A DNA stretch of 64,000 nt, taken from assembly GCA_016294075.1 (NCBI GenBank), contig JAEDCQ010000001.1, forward strand, positions 111,875 through 175,874. Direction: 5' to 3'. The position numbers were made by a program, and so were the translations under genes. This stretch comes from Lachnospiraceae bacterium (lineage in GTDB: Bacteria; Bacillota; Clostridia; Lachnospirales; Lachnospiraceae). Shown one piece after another: positions 40,053-50,128 of the stretch. Positions within the stretch are counted from its first letter, which is position 1. Every line of letters begins with the position of its first letter. The notes below the pieces were generated by a model. It was not told the DNA's origin. It did no database searches and saw only the letters and a list, made by a program, of their open reading frames with translations.

Positions 40053-40580
40053 ATGTTAGTGAATTTGACGGATATCTTTTCATCAGAACAGAAGGTTGAA
40101 ACGAAGGAGATAGCATGGGATGCGGATACTGTTACAGTTGGAGATGCATCTTATGATATTTTAGAAAAAGCACCGGTTATTCTTACACTTAAGAATATCG
40201 GAAAAGGAAGAGCACTTGTGAAAGCAAATACTTCCTTTACGTTACAGCTTCCGTGTGACAGATGTTTAAAGCCGGTCAAGTATTCTATGGAGATTGCTGC
40301 CGAAGAAGAAGTGATTTCACCGGAGTATGCGGATGAGATTGCATTGGATGCGGAACAGACAGGATTCATGGATGGCTATCAGTTAAAGGTGGACGACCTG
40401 ATTTATAGTGATATTGTATTAAACTGGCCGATGAAGATTCTATGCCGTGAGGATTGTAAAGGGATTTGCAGGATTTGCGGAAAAGATCTGAATACCGGAG
40501 AGTGCGGATGTGATACATTTGTACCAAGTCCCGGTCTGGCAGGAATTAAAGAGATCTTTAACGCGAATAAGGAGGTGTAA
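40053..40580 (+). CDS. yceD: YceD/DUF177 family ribosome-associated protein
   Basis: CSEDCKGIC-type Cys cluster (CREDCKGICRICGKDLNTGECGC), immediately upstream of rpmF. Confidence 0.85.
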   Translation: MLVNLTDIFSSEQKVETKEIAWDADTVTVGDASYDILEKAPVILTLKNIGKGRALVKANTSFTLQLPCDRCLKPVKYSMEIAAEEEVISPEYADEIALDAEQTGFMDGYQLKVDDLIYSDIVLNWPMKILCREDCKGICRICGKDLNTGECGCDTFVPSPGLAGIKEIFNANKEV

Positions 40581-40583
40581 CGT

Positions 40584-40763
40584 ATGTCTATTTGTCCAAA
40601 GAATAAATCTTCCAAAGGTAGAAGAGATAAAAGAAGAGCAAACTGGAAAATGAGTGCTCCTACATTAGTTAAGTGCAGTAAGTGTGGCGCATTAATGATG
40701 CCTCACAGAGTATGCAAGGCTTGTGGTTCTTACAACAAAAAAGAAATTATCAGCGTTGAATAG
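40584..40763 (+). CDS. rpmF: 50S ribosomal protein L32
   Basis: 59-aa ORF absent from the >=60-aa track: MSICPKNKSSKGRRDKRRANWK...CSKCGALMMPHRVCKACGSY. AAGGAGG RBS. Confidence 0.92.
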   Translation: MSICPKNKSSKGRRDKRRANWKMSAPTLVKCSKCGALMMPHRVCKACGSYNKKEIISVE

Positions 40764-40779
40764 TTTTGTATGTACATGA

Positions 40780-40811
40780 AAGTCAAGGGTTTTTATAATC
40801 CTTGACTTTTT
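40780..40811 (+). terminator. Rho-independent terminator after rpmF
   Basis: AAGTCAAGG-loop-CCTTGACTT followed by a T-run. Confidence 0.75.
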
Positions 40812-40949
40812 ACATTTGCGAAATGATAAAAAAGCAGAAATGGAAGAAATCTGACTTGCTTTTTGCATAAGCGTCTAGTATAGTAAAGAAAGATATTTTG
40901 ACTTGTATAGGGATATAGACCGTACAGGATAAAAAAGCAGGGGGATACA

Positions 40950-41963
40950 ATGGCTGAATTAGTAAAAGTAGCATTGGATGCCATGGGCGGAGATAACGCT
41001 CCGGCAGAAATTGTGAAGGGCGCCGTAGATGCTCTGAATGAAAATGACAGACTTAAGGTTTATGCAGTAGGTGACGAGACTGCAATCCAAACGGAATTGT
41101 CAAAGTATACATATGATGCTTCCCGACTGGAAATTATACATACGACGGAAGTAATTGAGACGGCGGAACCGCCGGTCATGGCGATTCGTAAGAAGAAGGA
41201 TTCTTCGATTGTCAAAGCCATGACAATGGTAAAAAATAAAGAGTGTGATGCATTTGTTTCAGCCGGCAGTTCGGGTGCCATTTTAGTAGGCGGTCAGGTA
41301 ATTGTCGGAAGAATTAAAGGTGTGGAAAGGCCACCGCTTGCTCCGCTTATTCCAACGAAGACGGGAGTGTCTTTGCTTGTGGACTGTGGGGCCAATGTAG
41401 ATGCAAGACCATCCTTTTTAGTACAGTTTGCAAAAATGGGTACCATTTATATGGAAAATGTATTGGGAATTCAAAATCCGACTGTTGCGATTGTGAATAT
41501 CGGGGCAGAAGAAGAAAAAGGCAATGCATTGGTAAAAGAAACATTTCCGTTATTAAAGAGTTGTCCGGATATTAACTTTATCGGCAGTATTGAAGCAAGA
41601 GAGATTCCGGCCGGTGGAGCTGATATTGTTGTATGTGATGCATTTGTTGGAAATGTCATTTTAAAGCTTTATGAGGGTGTAGGTGCAACTTTGATTTCCA
41701 AAGTAAAAGAGGGAATGATGACTTCGCTTCGCAGTAAAATCGGGGCATTGTTGGTAAAACCCGCTCTAAAGCAGACATTGAAGTCGTTTGATGCATCCGA
41801 ATACGGCGGAGCTCCGTTGCTTGGATTAAACGGATTAGTCGTGAAAACCCACGGAAGCTCTAAAGCACAGGAAATAAAGAACACATTGATTCAATGTGTT
41901 ACTTTTAAAGAACAAAATATAAATGAAAAAATAAAACAGGTTATTTCAAAAGAAGAGAATTAA
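40950..41963 (+). CDS. plsX: phosphate acyltransferase PlsX
   Basis: VALDAMGGDNAP..., SAGSSGA, LLGLNGLVVKTHGSS. Confidence 0.95.
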   Translation: MAELVKVALDAMGGDNAPAEIVKGAVDALNENDRLKVYAVGDETAIQTELSKYTYDASRLEIIHTTEVIETAEPPVMAIRKKKDSSIVKAMTMVKNKECDAFVSAGSSGAILVGGQVIVGRIKGVERPPLAPLIPTKTGVSLLVDCGANVDARPSFLVQFAKMGTIYMENVLGIQNPTVAIVNIGAEEEKGNALVKETFPLLKSCPDINFIGSIEAREIPAGGADIVVCDAFVGNVILKLYEGVGATLISKVKEGMMTSLRSKIGALLVKPALKQTLKSFDASEYGGAPLLGLNGLVVKTHGSSKAQEIKNTLIQCVTFKEQNINEKIKQVISKEEN

Positions 41964-41982
41964 AGTCAGAGAGGTAAGCGTA

Positions 41983-42213
41983 ATGGAATTTGAAAAACTG
42001 AAAAAAGTAATCGCAGAGGTATTAAGTGTGGATCCGGACGAAATTACATTGGACACAACATTCACGGATGATTTAGGAGCGGATTCCCTGGATGTATTCC
42101 AGATTATTATGGGACTCGAAGAAGAATTTGATATCGAGATCGCACCGGAGAAGGCAGAAAATGTTAAAACAGTGGAAGAAGCACTTGAGTTGATTAAAGG
42201 TGAATTAAACTAA
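41983..42213 (+). CDS. acpP: acyl carrier protein
   Basis: DLGADSLD phosphopantetheine attachment motif; 76 aa. Confidence 0.95.
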   Translation: MEFEKLKKVIAEVLSVDPDEITLDTTFTDDLGADSLDVFQIIMGLEEEFDIEIAPEKAENVKTVEEALELIKGELN

Positions 42214-42216
42214 TTC

Positions 42217-42240
42217 AAAAAGCCCTTCGAGGGCTTTTTG
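42217..42240 (+). terminator. Rho-independent terminator/attenuator after acpP
   Basis: AAAAGCCCT-TCG-AGGGCTTTTT. Confidence 0.7.
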
Positions 42241-42263
42241 ATTTCTATAAGGGATTTAAATAA

Positions 42264-42968
42264 ATGATTACAAAATATTCTTTTGAGCAATTAGAAGAAA
42301 AAATCGGATATTGCTATAAAAATAAAGAATTACTGAAACAGGCATTGACACATAGTTCTTTTGCAAATGAGCAGAAGATTAATAAAAGTGAGGATTATGA
42401 ACGTCTGGAATTTTTGGGCGATGCGGTGTTAGAATTGGTTTCCAGTGACTTTTTATTTCATGCAAATCCTCAAATGCCGGAGGGAAAGCTTACAAGGCTT
42501 CGTGCATCTATGGTTTGTGAGCCGGCACTTGCATACTGTGCGAGAGACTTAAAACTTCACGAATATATTCGTCTGGGCAAAGGAGAGGAAATGACCGGTG
42601 GCCGCCATAGGGATTCCATTATTTCGGATGTCATGGAAGCATTGATTGGCTCCTTGTATTTGGATGGCGGTTTTAAGGTTGCGCATGATTTTATTTATAA
42701 ATTTGTTTTATCGGATTTAGAGGATAAAATATTGTTTTATGATGCAAAAACAGTATTGCAGGAAATGGTTCAGGAATTACCGCAGGGAAGCTTAACTTAT
42801 AAGCTTATAAAGGAAGAGGGACCGGACCACGATAAAAGCTTTCAGGTTGAGGCGTATGTGAATGGTGAAGCGATAAGCCGGGGAGCCGGAAGAACTAAGA
42901 AGGCCGCAGAACAGCAGGCTGCATATAATGCTATATTGTTGCTGCGCGGACAAGAGGAAAATAAATAA
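42264..42968 (+). CDS. rnc: ribonuclease III
   Basis: ERLEFLGDAVL signature and a C-terminal dsRBD (GPDHDKSF...GRTKKAAEQQAA). Confidence 0.95.
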   Translation: MITKYSFEQLEEKIGYCYKNKELLKQALTHSSFANEQKINKSEDYERLEFLGDAVLELVSSDFLFHANPQMPEGKLTRLRASMVCEPALAYCARDLKLHEYIRLGKGEEMTGGRHRDSIISDVMEALIGSLYLDGGFKVAHDFIYKFVLSDLEDKILFYDAKTVLQEMVQELPQGSLTYKLIKEEGPDHDKSFQVEAYVNGEAISRGAGRTKKAAEQQAAYNAILLLRGQEENK

Positions 42969-42969
42969 T

Positions 42970-45900
42970 ATGTATTTGAAAAGCATTGAGGTACAGGGAT
43001 TCAAATCCTTTGCCAATAAGATAAAGTTTCAGTTTCATAACGGAATTACAGGAATTGTCGGACCAAACGGAAGTGGGAAGAGCAATGTTGCGGATGCGGT
43101 ACGCTGGGTATTGGGCGAACAGAGAATTAAGCAGCTTAGAGGTGCTTCCATGCAGGATGTTATTTTTTCCGGCACGGAGCTGCGTAAGCCGTTAAGCTAT
43201 GCATATGTGGCAATTACATTGGATAATTCCGACCATCAGCTGGCAATTGATTATGATGAGGTCACGGTTTCAAGAAGGCTTTATCGCTCCGGTGAAAGTG
43301 AATATGCGATTAACGGAACCATCTGCCGTTTAAAGGATGTGAATGAGCTGTTTTACGATACCGGTATCGGTAAGGAAGGCTATTCTATTATCGGACAGGG
43401 ACAGATTGATGCTATTTTGAGCGGTAAACCTGAGGAGAGAAGAGAGCTTTTTGATGAAGCAGCCGGAATTGTGAAGTTTAAGCGACGTAAGATTGCATCC
43501 GAGAAAAAGCTTGCAGAGGAACAGCAGAATCTCCTTCGTGTAAATGATATTTTGGGTGAATTGGAAAAACAAATTGGCCCGTTAGAAAGACAGAGTGAAA
43601 AGGCCAAGGTATATATTCGCAAAAAAGAAGAATTAAAGACACTTGATGTGAATATGTTTCTTTTAGAAAACGGAAGTATTAAAGAGCAGCTTGCAAAGGT
43701 TGAGGAAAATCATGAAATTGCGGCTGCCGAGCTTTCTGATGTGACGAAAAAATATGAGCATACAAAGGAAGAGTATGAGCAGATTGCAGAGTCATTGGAA
43801 GCGTTGGATAATGCAATAGATGAGGAGCGTAAGACACTTGCCGACACGGGGATTATACGTGGGAAACTGGAAGGTGATATTAACGTTCTGCGCGAACAGA
43901 TTAAATCCATTCAATCAAACGAGGCTCATTTGAATCAGCGGAAGGAAACGGTATCGGGGCAGATTACCGAAAAAGAAAAAGAAGAAGCCGCTATGACTAA
44001 GCAAAAGGAGTCGGTAGATGAACAATTGGCTCAGGCGATAGCGCAAAAGGATATGCTGCGTGAGAAGCTTACCGGTATACAGGATGAAATTGCCGGTTTA
44101 AACACCAAGATAGAAAACAGTAAAAACGAAATTATTCAATCGTTAAATGACAGGGCAACGATTAAGTCCCGTCTGGAGCGTATCGATACACTTTCGGAGC
44201 AAATCGGAATACGTAAGGCAGAATTGACATCCAAATTGGTATCTGCGAAAACAGATGAAGAGAAACGGCAGGATGAATTGGTACGTTTAGAGCAGGAGTT
44301 TGCCCAAATCAGTGAAGGCATCGAAAAAATGAATGCTGACCGGAAGGAAAAGGAAGAACAGTCTGCTGCATATAAGGAAAAAATGCAGAAGCTGGATGAT
44401 ACGTTGCGGGATACACAGGTAAACTATCATCAGGATAAAGCAAAGCTGGAATCCTTATCCAACTTAACAGAACGATATGAAGGCTATGGCGGTTCTGTTA
44501 AACGTGTCATGGAGCAAAAGGAGAAGAATAAGGGAATTATCGGCGTTGTTGCAGATATTATACAGGCCGACAAAAAATACGAAACGGCGATTGAAACGGC
44601 ATTAGGCGGTAATATTCAGAATATTGTTACAGATGATGAAGAAACCGCAAAGAAAATGATTGCATTTTTAAAGGCTGAAAAAGGAGGACGAGCAACATTC
44701 CTGCCTTTGACCAGCATTAAAAATCCACAGGAATTTAAAACACCGGAGGTTTTGGAGGAAAAAGGGGTTTTAGGTCTTGCAAATACATTAGTACATACAA
44801 AAAAAGAATACCGGGATGTGGCCGTTGCCATGCTCGGACGTATTGTTGTAGTAGATAATGTTGACAATGCGGTTAAGATTGCAAGAAAATACGGATACGG
44901 AATCCGTATGGTTACATTAGAGGGTGAATTGCTTGTGCCGGGTGGTGCTATCAGTGGCGGTGCATTTAAGAACAACAGTAACCTGTTGGGAAGGCGCCGT
45001 GAAATGGAAGAACTGCAAAAGAAGATTGAGCAGGCCTTAAAGGATATCGATTCTCTCCAACAGGAAATTTATGATACAAAGGAAGTCCGTAACGGTCTTC
45101 GCTCAGAAATTGAAACGATAAAGCTTTCCTTACAGACTGAGTTTATTAAGCAGAACACGGCAAGACTTGCGGTTGTTGCGATTCGTGATAAGCAGCAGGA
45201 ATCCAATGCGGATTATGACCAGCTTAAGCAGGAAGAAGAGGGATTGAACAAGCAGGAAGCCTCTATCCTTGAAGAACGCGGGCAAATCAAACAGGAATTG
45301 GCAGCGTCAGAGCAGCTTGAAAAACAGGCGGAAGAGCGGATTGCCGGATTTGAGGCAGAGCTTAAGGACAGACGGGAAGAAGAAACCGGACAGGCAGAGG
45401 AAGTTTCCAAAGCAGAAGTGGCGGTTGAAAAAATCTTACAGCAGACAGGCTTTGAGCAACAGAATATTGACCGTGTCAGAGATGAAATGAAACGGCTGCA
45501 GGCGGAGCTGGATGAGATTCTTTCCGAAATCGGAAACAGTACCGAAACTATCACATATAAAGAAAATGAGATTTTAGAGATTCAAAAGACAATTACGGCA
45601 TCTCATACAACACAGTCGGATACAGAAAAGCAGCTTGAGGAAAACCTCAAAAGTAAAGAAGAGCTTTCCTTAAAACAGAAAAACTTCTTTGCTGAGCGGG
45701 AAGAGCTTTCCGAGCAGATGAATAAGCTGGATAAGGAAGTATACCGTTTGAATTCCCAGGCGGAACGTCTGAAAGAATCGATTCAGAATCAGATTGATTA
45801 TATGTGGAATGAATATGAGATTACCCTGCATGATGCTGCAAAGCTCCGTGATGAAACCATGACGGATCTTGCTGTTATGAAAAAAGAAGTTCTTGCATTG

Positions 45901-46530
45901 AAGGATTCCATCAAGAAACTTGGTGATGTTAATGTAAATGCAATAGAAGAATATAAAGAAGTATCAGAACGATACAATTTCTTAAAAACACAGCATGATG
46001 ACCTTGTTGAAGCCCAAAAAGCGCTGGAGCAGATTATTGAAGAATTGGACAGTGCAATGCGCCGGCAGTTTAAAGAAAAGTTCCAGAAAATCAACCAGGA
46101 ATTCGATAAGGTATTCCGTGAATTATTCGGAGGCGGAAAGGGTACATTAGAATTGCTGGAGGACGAAGACATTCTGGAAGCCGGTGTCAGAATTATTGCA
46201 CAGCCACCCGGAAAGAAGCTGCAGAATATGATGCAGTTGTCCGGAGGAGAAAAGGCATTAACGGCAATTGCGTTGCTGTTTGCCATTCAAAATTTGAAGC
46301 CGTCTCCGTTTTGTCTGCTGGACGAAATTGAAGCAGCTTTGGATGAAAATAATGTATCGCGTTTTGCCAACTATCTGCACAAGTTGACACGCCATACACA
46401 GTTTATTGTCATTACACACAGACGAGGAACAATGGAAAAGACAGACCGCCTTTATGGTATAACCATGCAGGAGAAGGGAGTTTCCGTATTAGTAAGTGTG
46501 AATCTTATTGATGAAGAAATAACAAATTAA
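42970..46530 (+). CDS. smc: chromosome partition protein SMC
   Basis: [14 protein letters not shown]...GPNGSGKSN head, long coiled coils, a hinge, then [16 protein letters not shown]...LDEIEAALD. Confidence 0.96.
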   Translation: MYLKSIEVQGFKSFANKIKFQFHNGITGIVGPNGSGKSNVADAVRWVLGEQRIKQLRGASMQDVIFSGTELRKPLSYAYVAITLDNSDHQLAIDYDEVTVSRRLYRSGESEYAINGTICRLKDVNELFYDTGIGKEGYSIIGQGQIDAILSGKPEERRELFDEAAGIVKFKRRKIASEKKLAEEQQNLLRVNDILGELEKQIGPLERQSEKAKVYIRKKEELKTLDVNMFLLENGSIKEQLAKVEENHEIAAAELSDVTKKYEHTKEEYEQIAESLEALDNAIDEERKTLADTGIIRGKLEGDINVLREQIKSIQSNEAHLNQRKETVSGQITEKEKEEAAMTKQKESVDEQLAQAIAQKDMLREKLTGIQDEIAGLNTKIENSKNEIIQSLNDRATIKSRLERIDTLSEQIGIRKAELTSKLVSAKTDEEKRQDELVRLEQEFAQISEGIEKMNADRKEKEEQSAAYKEKMQKLDDTLRDTQVNYHQDKAKLESLSNLTERYEGYGGSVKRVMEQKEKNKGIIGVVADIIQADKKYETAIETALGGNIQNIVTDDEETAKKMIAFLKAEKGGRATFLPLTSIKNPQEFKTPEVLEEKGVLGLANTLVHTKKEYRDVAVAMLGRIVVVDNVDNAVKIARKYGYGIRMVTLEGELLVPGGAISGGAFKNNSNLLGRRREMEELQKKIEQALKDIDSLQQEIYDTKEVRNGLRSEIETIKLSLQTEFIKQNTARLAVVAIRDKQQESNADYDQLKQEEEGLNKQEASILEERGQIKQELAASEQLEKQAEERIAGFEAELKDRREEETGQAEEVSKAEVAVEKILQQTGFEQQNIDRVRDEMKRLQAELDEILSEIGNSTETITYKENEILEIQKTITASHTTQSDTEKQLEENLKSKEELSLKQKNFFAEREELSEQMNKLDKEVYRLNSQAERLKESIQNQIDYMWNEYEITLHDAAKLRDETMTDLAVMKKEVLALKDSIKKLGDVNVNAIEEYKEVSERYNFLKTQHDDLVEAQKALEQIIEELDSAMRRQFKEKFQKINQEFDKVFRELFGGGKGTLELLEDEDILEAGVRIIAQPPGKKLQNMMQLSGGEKALTAIALLFAIQNLKPSPFCLLDEIEAALDENNVSRFANYLHKLTRHTQFIVITHRRGTMEKTDRLYGITMQEKGVSVLVSVNLIDEEITN

Positions 46531-46551
46531 AGATATAAAGAGGAACCCATT

Positions 46552-47499
46552 ATGGAAGAGAAGCAGGGCCTTTTTAAACGGCTGAAACAGGGACTGACCA
46601 AAACAAGGGATAATATAGTCAGTGGAATTGATTCTTTATTTTTAGGCTATGATAAGCTGGATGAAGATTTTTACGAAGAATTGGAAGAACTTTTGGTAAT
46701 GGCAGATGTCGGGGTAAAAGCAACAGATGCCATTATTGAAAAGCTGAAAAGGGACGTAAAAGAACAGCATATTAAAGAACCGTCACAGTGCAGGGAGTAC
46801 CTGATTAAAAATATGCAGGAACAGATGGCGGTTGAGGCAGAAGATTATGATTTCCTAAAAGAAACATCGGTGGTTATGGTAATCGGGGTAAACGGTGTCG
46901 GTAAGACAACGACGGTTGGTAAGCTTGCCTCCGTGCTTAAAAATCAAGGTAAAAAAGTATTACTTGCATCCTGTGATACATTTCGTGCAGCAGCCGGAGA
47001 ACAGTTAAAGGAATGGGCAAACAGAGCAGGCGTGGATGTGATTGGCGGTGCTGAGGGATCCGATCCGGCAAGTGTTTTGTTTGATGCGGTAAGTGCTGCA
47101 AAAGCAAGACATGCGGATGTTCTGTTATGTGATACTGCAGGAAGGCTTCATAACAAGAAGAATCTTATGGAAGAACTGAAAAAAATGCAGCGTATTATCG
47201 AGCGTGAATTTCCGGATGCAAAACAGGAAAATTTAATTGTTCTGGATGGAACAACCGGTCAGAATGCACTTGCACAGGCAAGGGAGTTTTCACAGGCAGC
47301 ACCCCTGACAGGTATCGTTTTAACCAAAATGGACGGAACAGCAAAGGGTGGAATTGCGATTGCAATTCAGTCGGAGCTGAATATTCCTGTTAAGTTTATC
47401 GGTGTGGGAGAAAAGCTGGAAGATTTACAGTATTTTGATGCAGATACATTTATTGAGGCGCTATTTGCCAGGGGAGAGGAGAAAGAAGCAGAATGTTGA
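46552..47499 (+). CDS. ftsY: signal recognition particle receptor FtsY (short form)
   Basis: NG domain: GVNGVGKTTT, DTAGRL, TKMDGTAKGG. Confidence 0.95.
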   Translation: MEEKQGLFKRLKQGLTKTRDNIVSGIDSLFLGYDKLDEDFYEELEELLVMADVGVKATDAIIEKLKRDVKEQHIKEPSQCREYLIKNMQEQMAVEAEDYDFLKETSVVMVIGVNGVGKTTTVGKLASVLKNQGKKVLLASCDTFRAAAGEQLKEWANRAGVDVIGGAEGSDPASVLFDAVSAAKARHADVLLCDTAGRLHNKKNLMEELKKMQRIIEREFPDAKQENLIVLDGTTGQNALAQAREFSQAAPLTGIVLTKMDGTAKGGIAIAIQSELNIPVKFIGVGEKLEDLQYFDADTFIEALFARGEEKEAEC

Positions 47500-48704
47500 C
47501 ATTAAGAGAATTTGAAGAAGCTTCGGAAATCGTAAAACGCGTTACGAATGAGACTAAATTGATTTATTCGGATTATTTCAGTGAGAAAACGGGAAATAAA
47601 ATTTATTTAAAACCGGAAAATATGCAGTTTACCGGAGCCTATAAGGTGCGCGGAGCGTATTATAAAATCAGCACGTTGACGGATGAAGAGCGTAAGAAAG
47701 GGCTGATTACCGCATCTGCCGGAAATCATGCACAGGGTGTTGCCTATGCAGCAAAATGCTTTGGTGTTAAGGCAACAATTGTGATGCCCACAACGACACC
47801 TCTTATTAAGGTAAATCGAACTAAAGGGTATGGAGCAGATGTAGTGCTGTATGGTGATGTGTATGATGAAGCATGCACACATGCATATAACCTTGCAAAA
47901 GAGCATGGTTATACTTTTATCCATCCGTTTGATGACTCGGCTGTAGCAACCGGTCAGGGAACTATTGCAATGGAAATTTTCAAAGAACTTCCGTTAGTGG
48001 ATTACATATTGGTTCCGATTGGCGGCGGCGGACTGGCAACCGGCGTTTCCACGCTTGCAAAGTTATTAAATCCTAAGATTAAGGTAATCGGTGTGGAACC
48101 TGCGGGAGCAAACTGCTTACAGGAGTCCCTGAAAGCGGGGCAGGTAGTGACCCTGCCCGGAGTGAATACCATTGCAGACGGTACTGCCGTAAAAACACCC
48201 GGAAAAGAAATTTTCCCATACTTGCAGAAGAATCTCGATGATATCATTACCGTTCAGGATGAAGATTTGGTAACCGCCTTTCTCGATATGGTGGAAAATC
48301 ATAAGATGGTGGTTGAAAACTCAGGTCTTTTGACTGTTGCCGCCTTGAAGGATTTACAGGTTACCGATAAAAAGGTGGTATCGGTATTAAGCGGCGGAAA
48401 CATGGATGTGATTACGATGTCCAGTGTTGTACAGCAGGGATTGATTCTGCGTGACCGTATCTTTACGGTATCGGTTCTGCTTCCGGATAAGCCGGGTGAA
48501 TTAAGCAGAGTTTCAAATGTGATAGCGTTAGAAAACGGAAATGTAATAAAACTTGAGCATAATCAGTTTGTTTCCATTAACAGAAATGCTGCTGTTGAAC
48601 TGCGGATTACGCTTGAAGCTTTCGGAACGGAGCATAAGGAGAAGATTATCAAGGCTCTGGAAACGGAAGGGTATCAGCCGAAGGTGGTTCGTACCAATAT
48701 ATAA
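47493..48704 (+). CDS. ilvA: threonine ammonia-lyase (single ACT-like domain form)
   Basis: PLP-lysine region FTGAYKVRGA, ASAGNHAQG, GGGGL loop and a C-terminal regulatory domain. The ATG overlaps the ftsY end by 7 nt. Confidence 0.88.
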   Translation: MLTLREFEEASEIVKRVTNETKLIYSDYFSEKTGNKIYLKPENMQFTGAYKVRGAYYKISTLTDEERKKGLITASAGNHAQGVAYAAKCFGVKATIVMPTTTPLIKVNRTKGYGADVVLYGDVYDEACTHAYNLAKEHGYTFIHPFDDSAVATGQGTIAMEIFKELPLVDYILVPIGGGGLATGVSTLAKLLNPKIKVIGVEPAGANCLQESLKAGQVVTLPGVNTIADGTAVKTPGKEIFPYLQKNLDDIITVQDEDLVTAFLDMVENHKMVVENSGLLTVAALKDLQVTDKKVVSVLSGGNMDVITMSSVVQQGLILRDRIFTVSVLLPDKPGELSRVSNVIALENGNVIKLEHNQFVSINRNAAVELRITLEAFGTEHKEKIIKALETEGYQPKVVRTNI

Positions 48705-48713
48705 TAATCCTTG

Positions 48714-48747
48714 ACGGAGCCGTATTTCTGAATGCGGCTTCGTTTTG
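48714..48747 (+). terminator. probable Rho-independent terminator after ilvA
   Basis: ACGGAGCCG-12 nt-CGGCTTCGT followed by TTT. Confidence 0.5.
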
Positions 48748-48831
48748 TATACGTAAGAAAAATAATGAGATAATAATTAATATAAAAATAATAGGTAATA
48801 GCTTTACACGGACAATTTCAAAATAACAGGA

Positions 48832-49701
48832 ATGAATATGAGTAAAAGAATTAAACGAAATATAAAAAAATATATTATCATAACAATTGTGGCGGCTCTG
48901 TACGGTGCGGGCACCAGCTTGTTTTTATCGCCGAATGATTTGGTGCCGGGCGGCATTACCGGTGTGTCCATGATCCTGAGCCGGTTTTTACCATTGTCAA
49001 CAGGTGCTATTTTTATGATTATTAATATTCCCATCATGGCAGTTGCGTTATATAAGTTCGGATGGAAATTTATTATTTCAACATTTTATGCGATTACCTG
49101 TGTTTCAATATTTACCGATATTTTTGCCATTTTTCCTGCTGTGACAAATGAGCCGCTTTTAGCTGTATTCATGGGTGATATTATGATTGCATTTGCAATC
49201 GGTATGGTATTCCGATGCGGCGCAACAACAGGAGGAGCGGATATTATTGTAAAACTCTTACGCCTTAAATATCCGCATATTAAGACCGGAAAGCTTTTTA
49301 TGATGTTTGATATTTCGGTTGTCGCATTAGCCGGTTTTTTATTTCATAATATAGACGCTTCCTTATATGCATTTATAGGAATCTTTGCCATGAGTGCCGT
49401 AATGGATATGGTATTGTATGGACAGGATGAAGCCATAATGGTATATATTATCAGTGAAATGTCAGAGCTGCTTGCCGAAAAACTGATGGTTGATGTGGAC
49501 GCAGGCGTAACCTTTTTAACCGGACGCGGTGCATATTCCAGAAAAGAGAAGGATGTTATTTTGTGCGTTGTAAGAAAAAATATCTATCCGAAAGTAGAAG
49601 AAGCTATCAAGGATACGGACCCTCATGCCTTTATGATTGTAACACATGCGAATGAAATATATGGAGAAGGGTATAAAGACATTTTTGCAAATAAGGTATA
49701 A
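48832..49701 (+). CDS. YitT-family membrane protein (C-terminal DUF2179)
   Basis: Five or six TM segments with a GG(I/A)TG motif (PGGITGVSMIL; TTGGADII) and a soluble C-terminal domain. Confidence 0.82.
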   Translation: MNMSKRIKRNIKKYIIITIVAALYGAGTSLFLSPNDLVPGGITGVSMILSRFLPLSTGAIFMIINIPIMAVALYKFGWKFIISTFYAITCVSIFTDIFAIFPAVTNEPLLAVFMGDIMIAFAIGMVFRCGATTGGADIIVKLLRLKYPHIKTGKLFMMFDISVVALAGFLFHNIDASLYAFIGIFAMSAVMDMVLYGQDEAIMVYIISEMSELLAEKLMVDVDAGVTFLTGRGAYSRKEKDVILCVVRKNIYPKVEEAIKDTDPHAFMIVTHANEIYGEGYKDIFANKV

Positions 49702-49729
49702 AGACAGGTAAAGATAAATATAAGAAATG

Positions 49730-49765
49730 AAAAGGTGTCAAGAAAAAATACTTGACACCTTTTTT
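49730..49765 (+). terminator. Rho-independent terminator after the yitT-like gene
   Basis: AAAAGGTGTCAAG-loop-CTTGACACCTTTTTT. Confidence 0.8.
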
Positions 49766-49812
49766 ACAATAAGGTATTATAATACAGTGCGATTGAGAAA
49801 GGTGGGTTTCTT

Positions 49813-50127
49813 GTGGAGAAAATAGTTGAGCAGGGTTTGCTGTATGATTTTTATGGGGAACTTTTAACCGACCATCAGAGACAGATTTATGAGGCATGTG
49901 TTTATGATAATCTGTCGCTTGGAGAGATTGCACAGGATAGGGGAATCAGCCGTCAGGGTGTTCATGATTTAATTAAAAGATGTGATAAGATTTTACAGAA
50001 CTATGAGGATAAACTGCATCTGATAAGTAAGTTCATCAGTGTCAAGGAAACGGTAGCCCGTATCGAAAGCATTACCAATCAGGAAGAAGTGCGTAGTCTG
50101 GCAAATCGGATTCTGGAGGAATTATAA
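49813..50127 (+). CDS. ylxM: YlxM/UPF0122 putative HTH protein upstream of ffh
   Basis: LLYDFYGELLTDHQRQIYE...SLGEIA; GTG start with AAAGGTGGG RBS; conserved position. Confidence 0.88.
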   Translation: MEKIVEQGLLYDFYGELLTDHQRQIYEACVYDNLSLGEIAQDRGISRQGVHDLIKRCDKILQNYEDKLHLISKFISVKETVARIESITNQEEVRSLANRILEEL

Positions 50128-50128
50128 A

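Noticed and set aside
42928-42969. Upstream extension of the smc ORF into rnc. Similar extensions occur at 8579-8671 (PHP gene), 25666-25680 (aspS), 55822-55893 (rnhB), 58277-58306 (FlhB-C-like gene) and 58937-59011 (pgeF).
   Set aside because: In each case the downstream in-frame start has an RBS and gives the conserved N-terminus. The extensions overlap the preceding gene.
45798-46286. 162-aa minus-strand ORF inside smc. Similar antisense ORFs lie at 5704-6177, 16567-17010, 19669-20124 and 28479-28943.
   Set aside because: All are antisense to strongly supported genes. They are Ser-rich shadow frames of GAA/GAG-rich coding sequence.
49752-49783. The 3' arm of the terminator after the yitT-like gene contains a TTGACA that could serve as the -35 of a ylxM-ffh promoter (with TATTAT/TATAAT downstream).
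   Set aside because: Spacing to the best -10 (TATAAT) is about 20 nt. Only the weaker TATTAT fits a 17-nt spacer. This is plausible but not strong enough to annotate.
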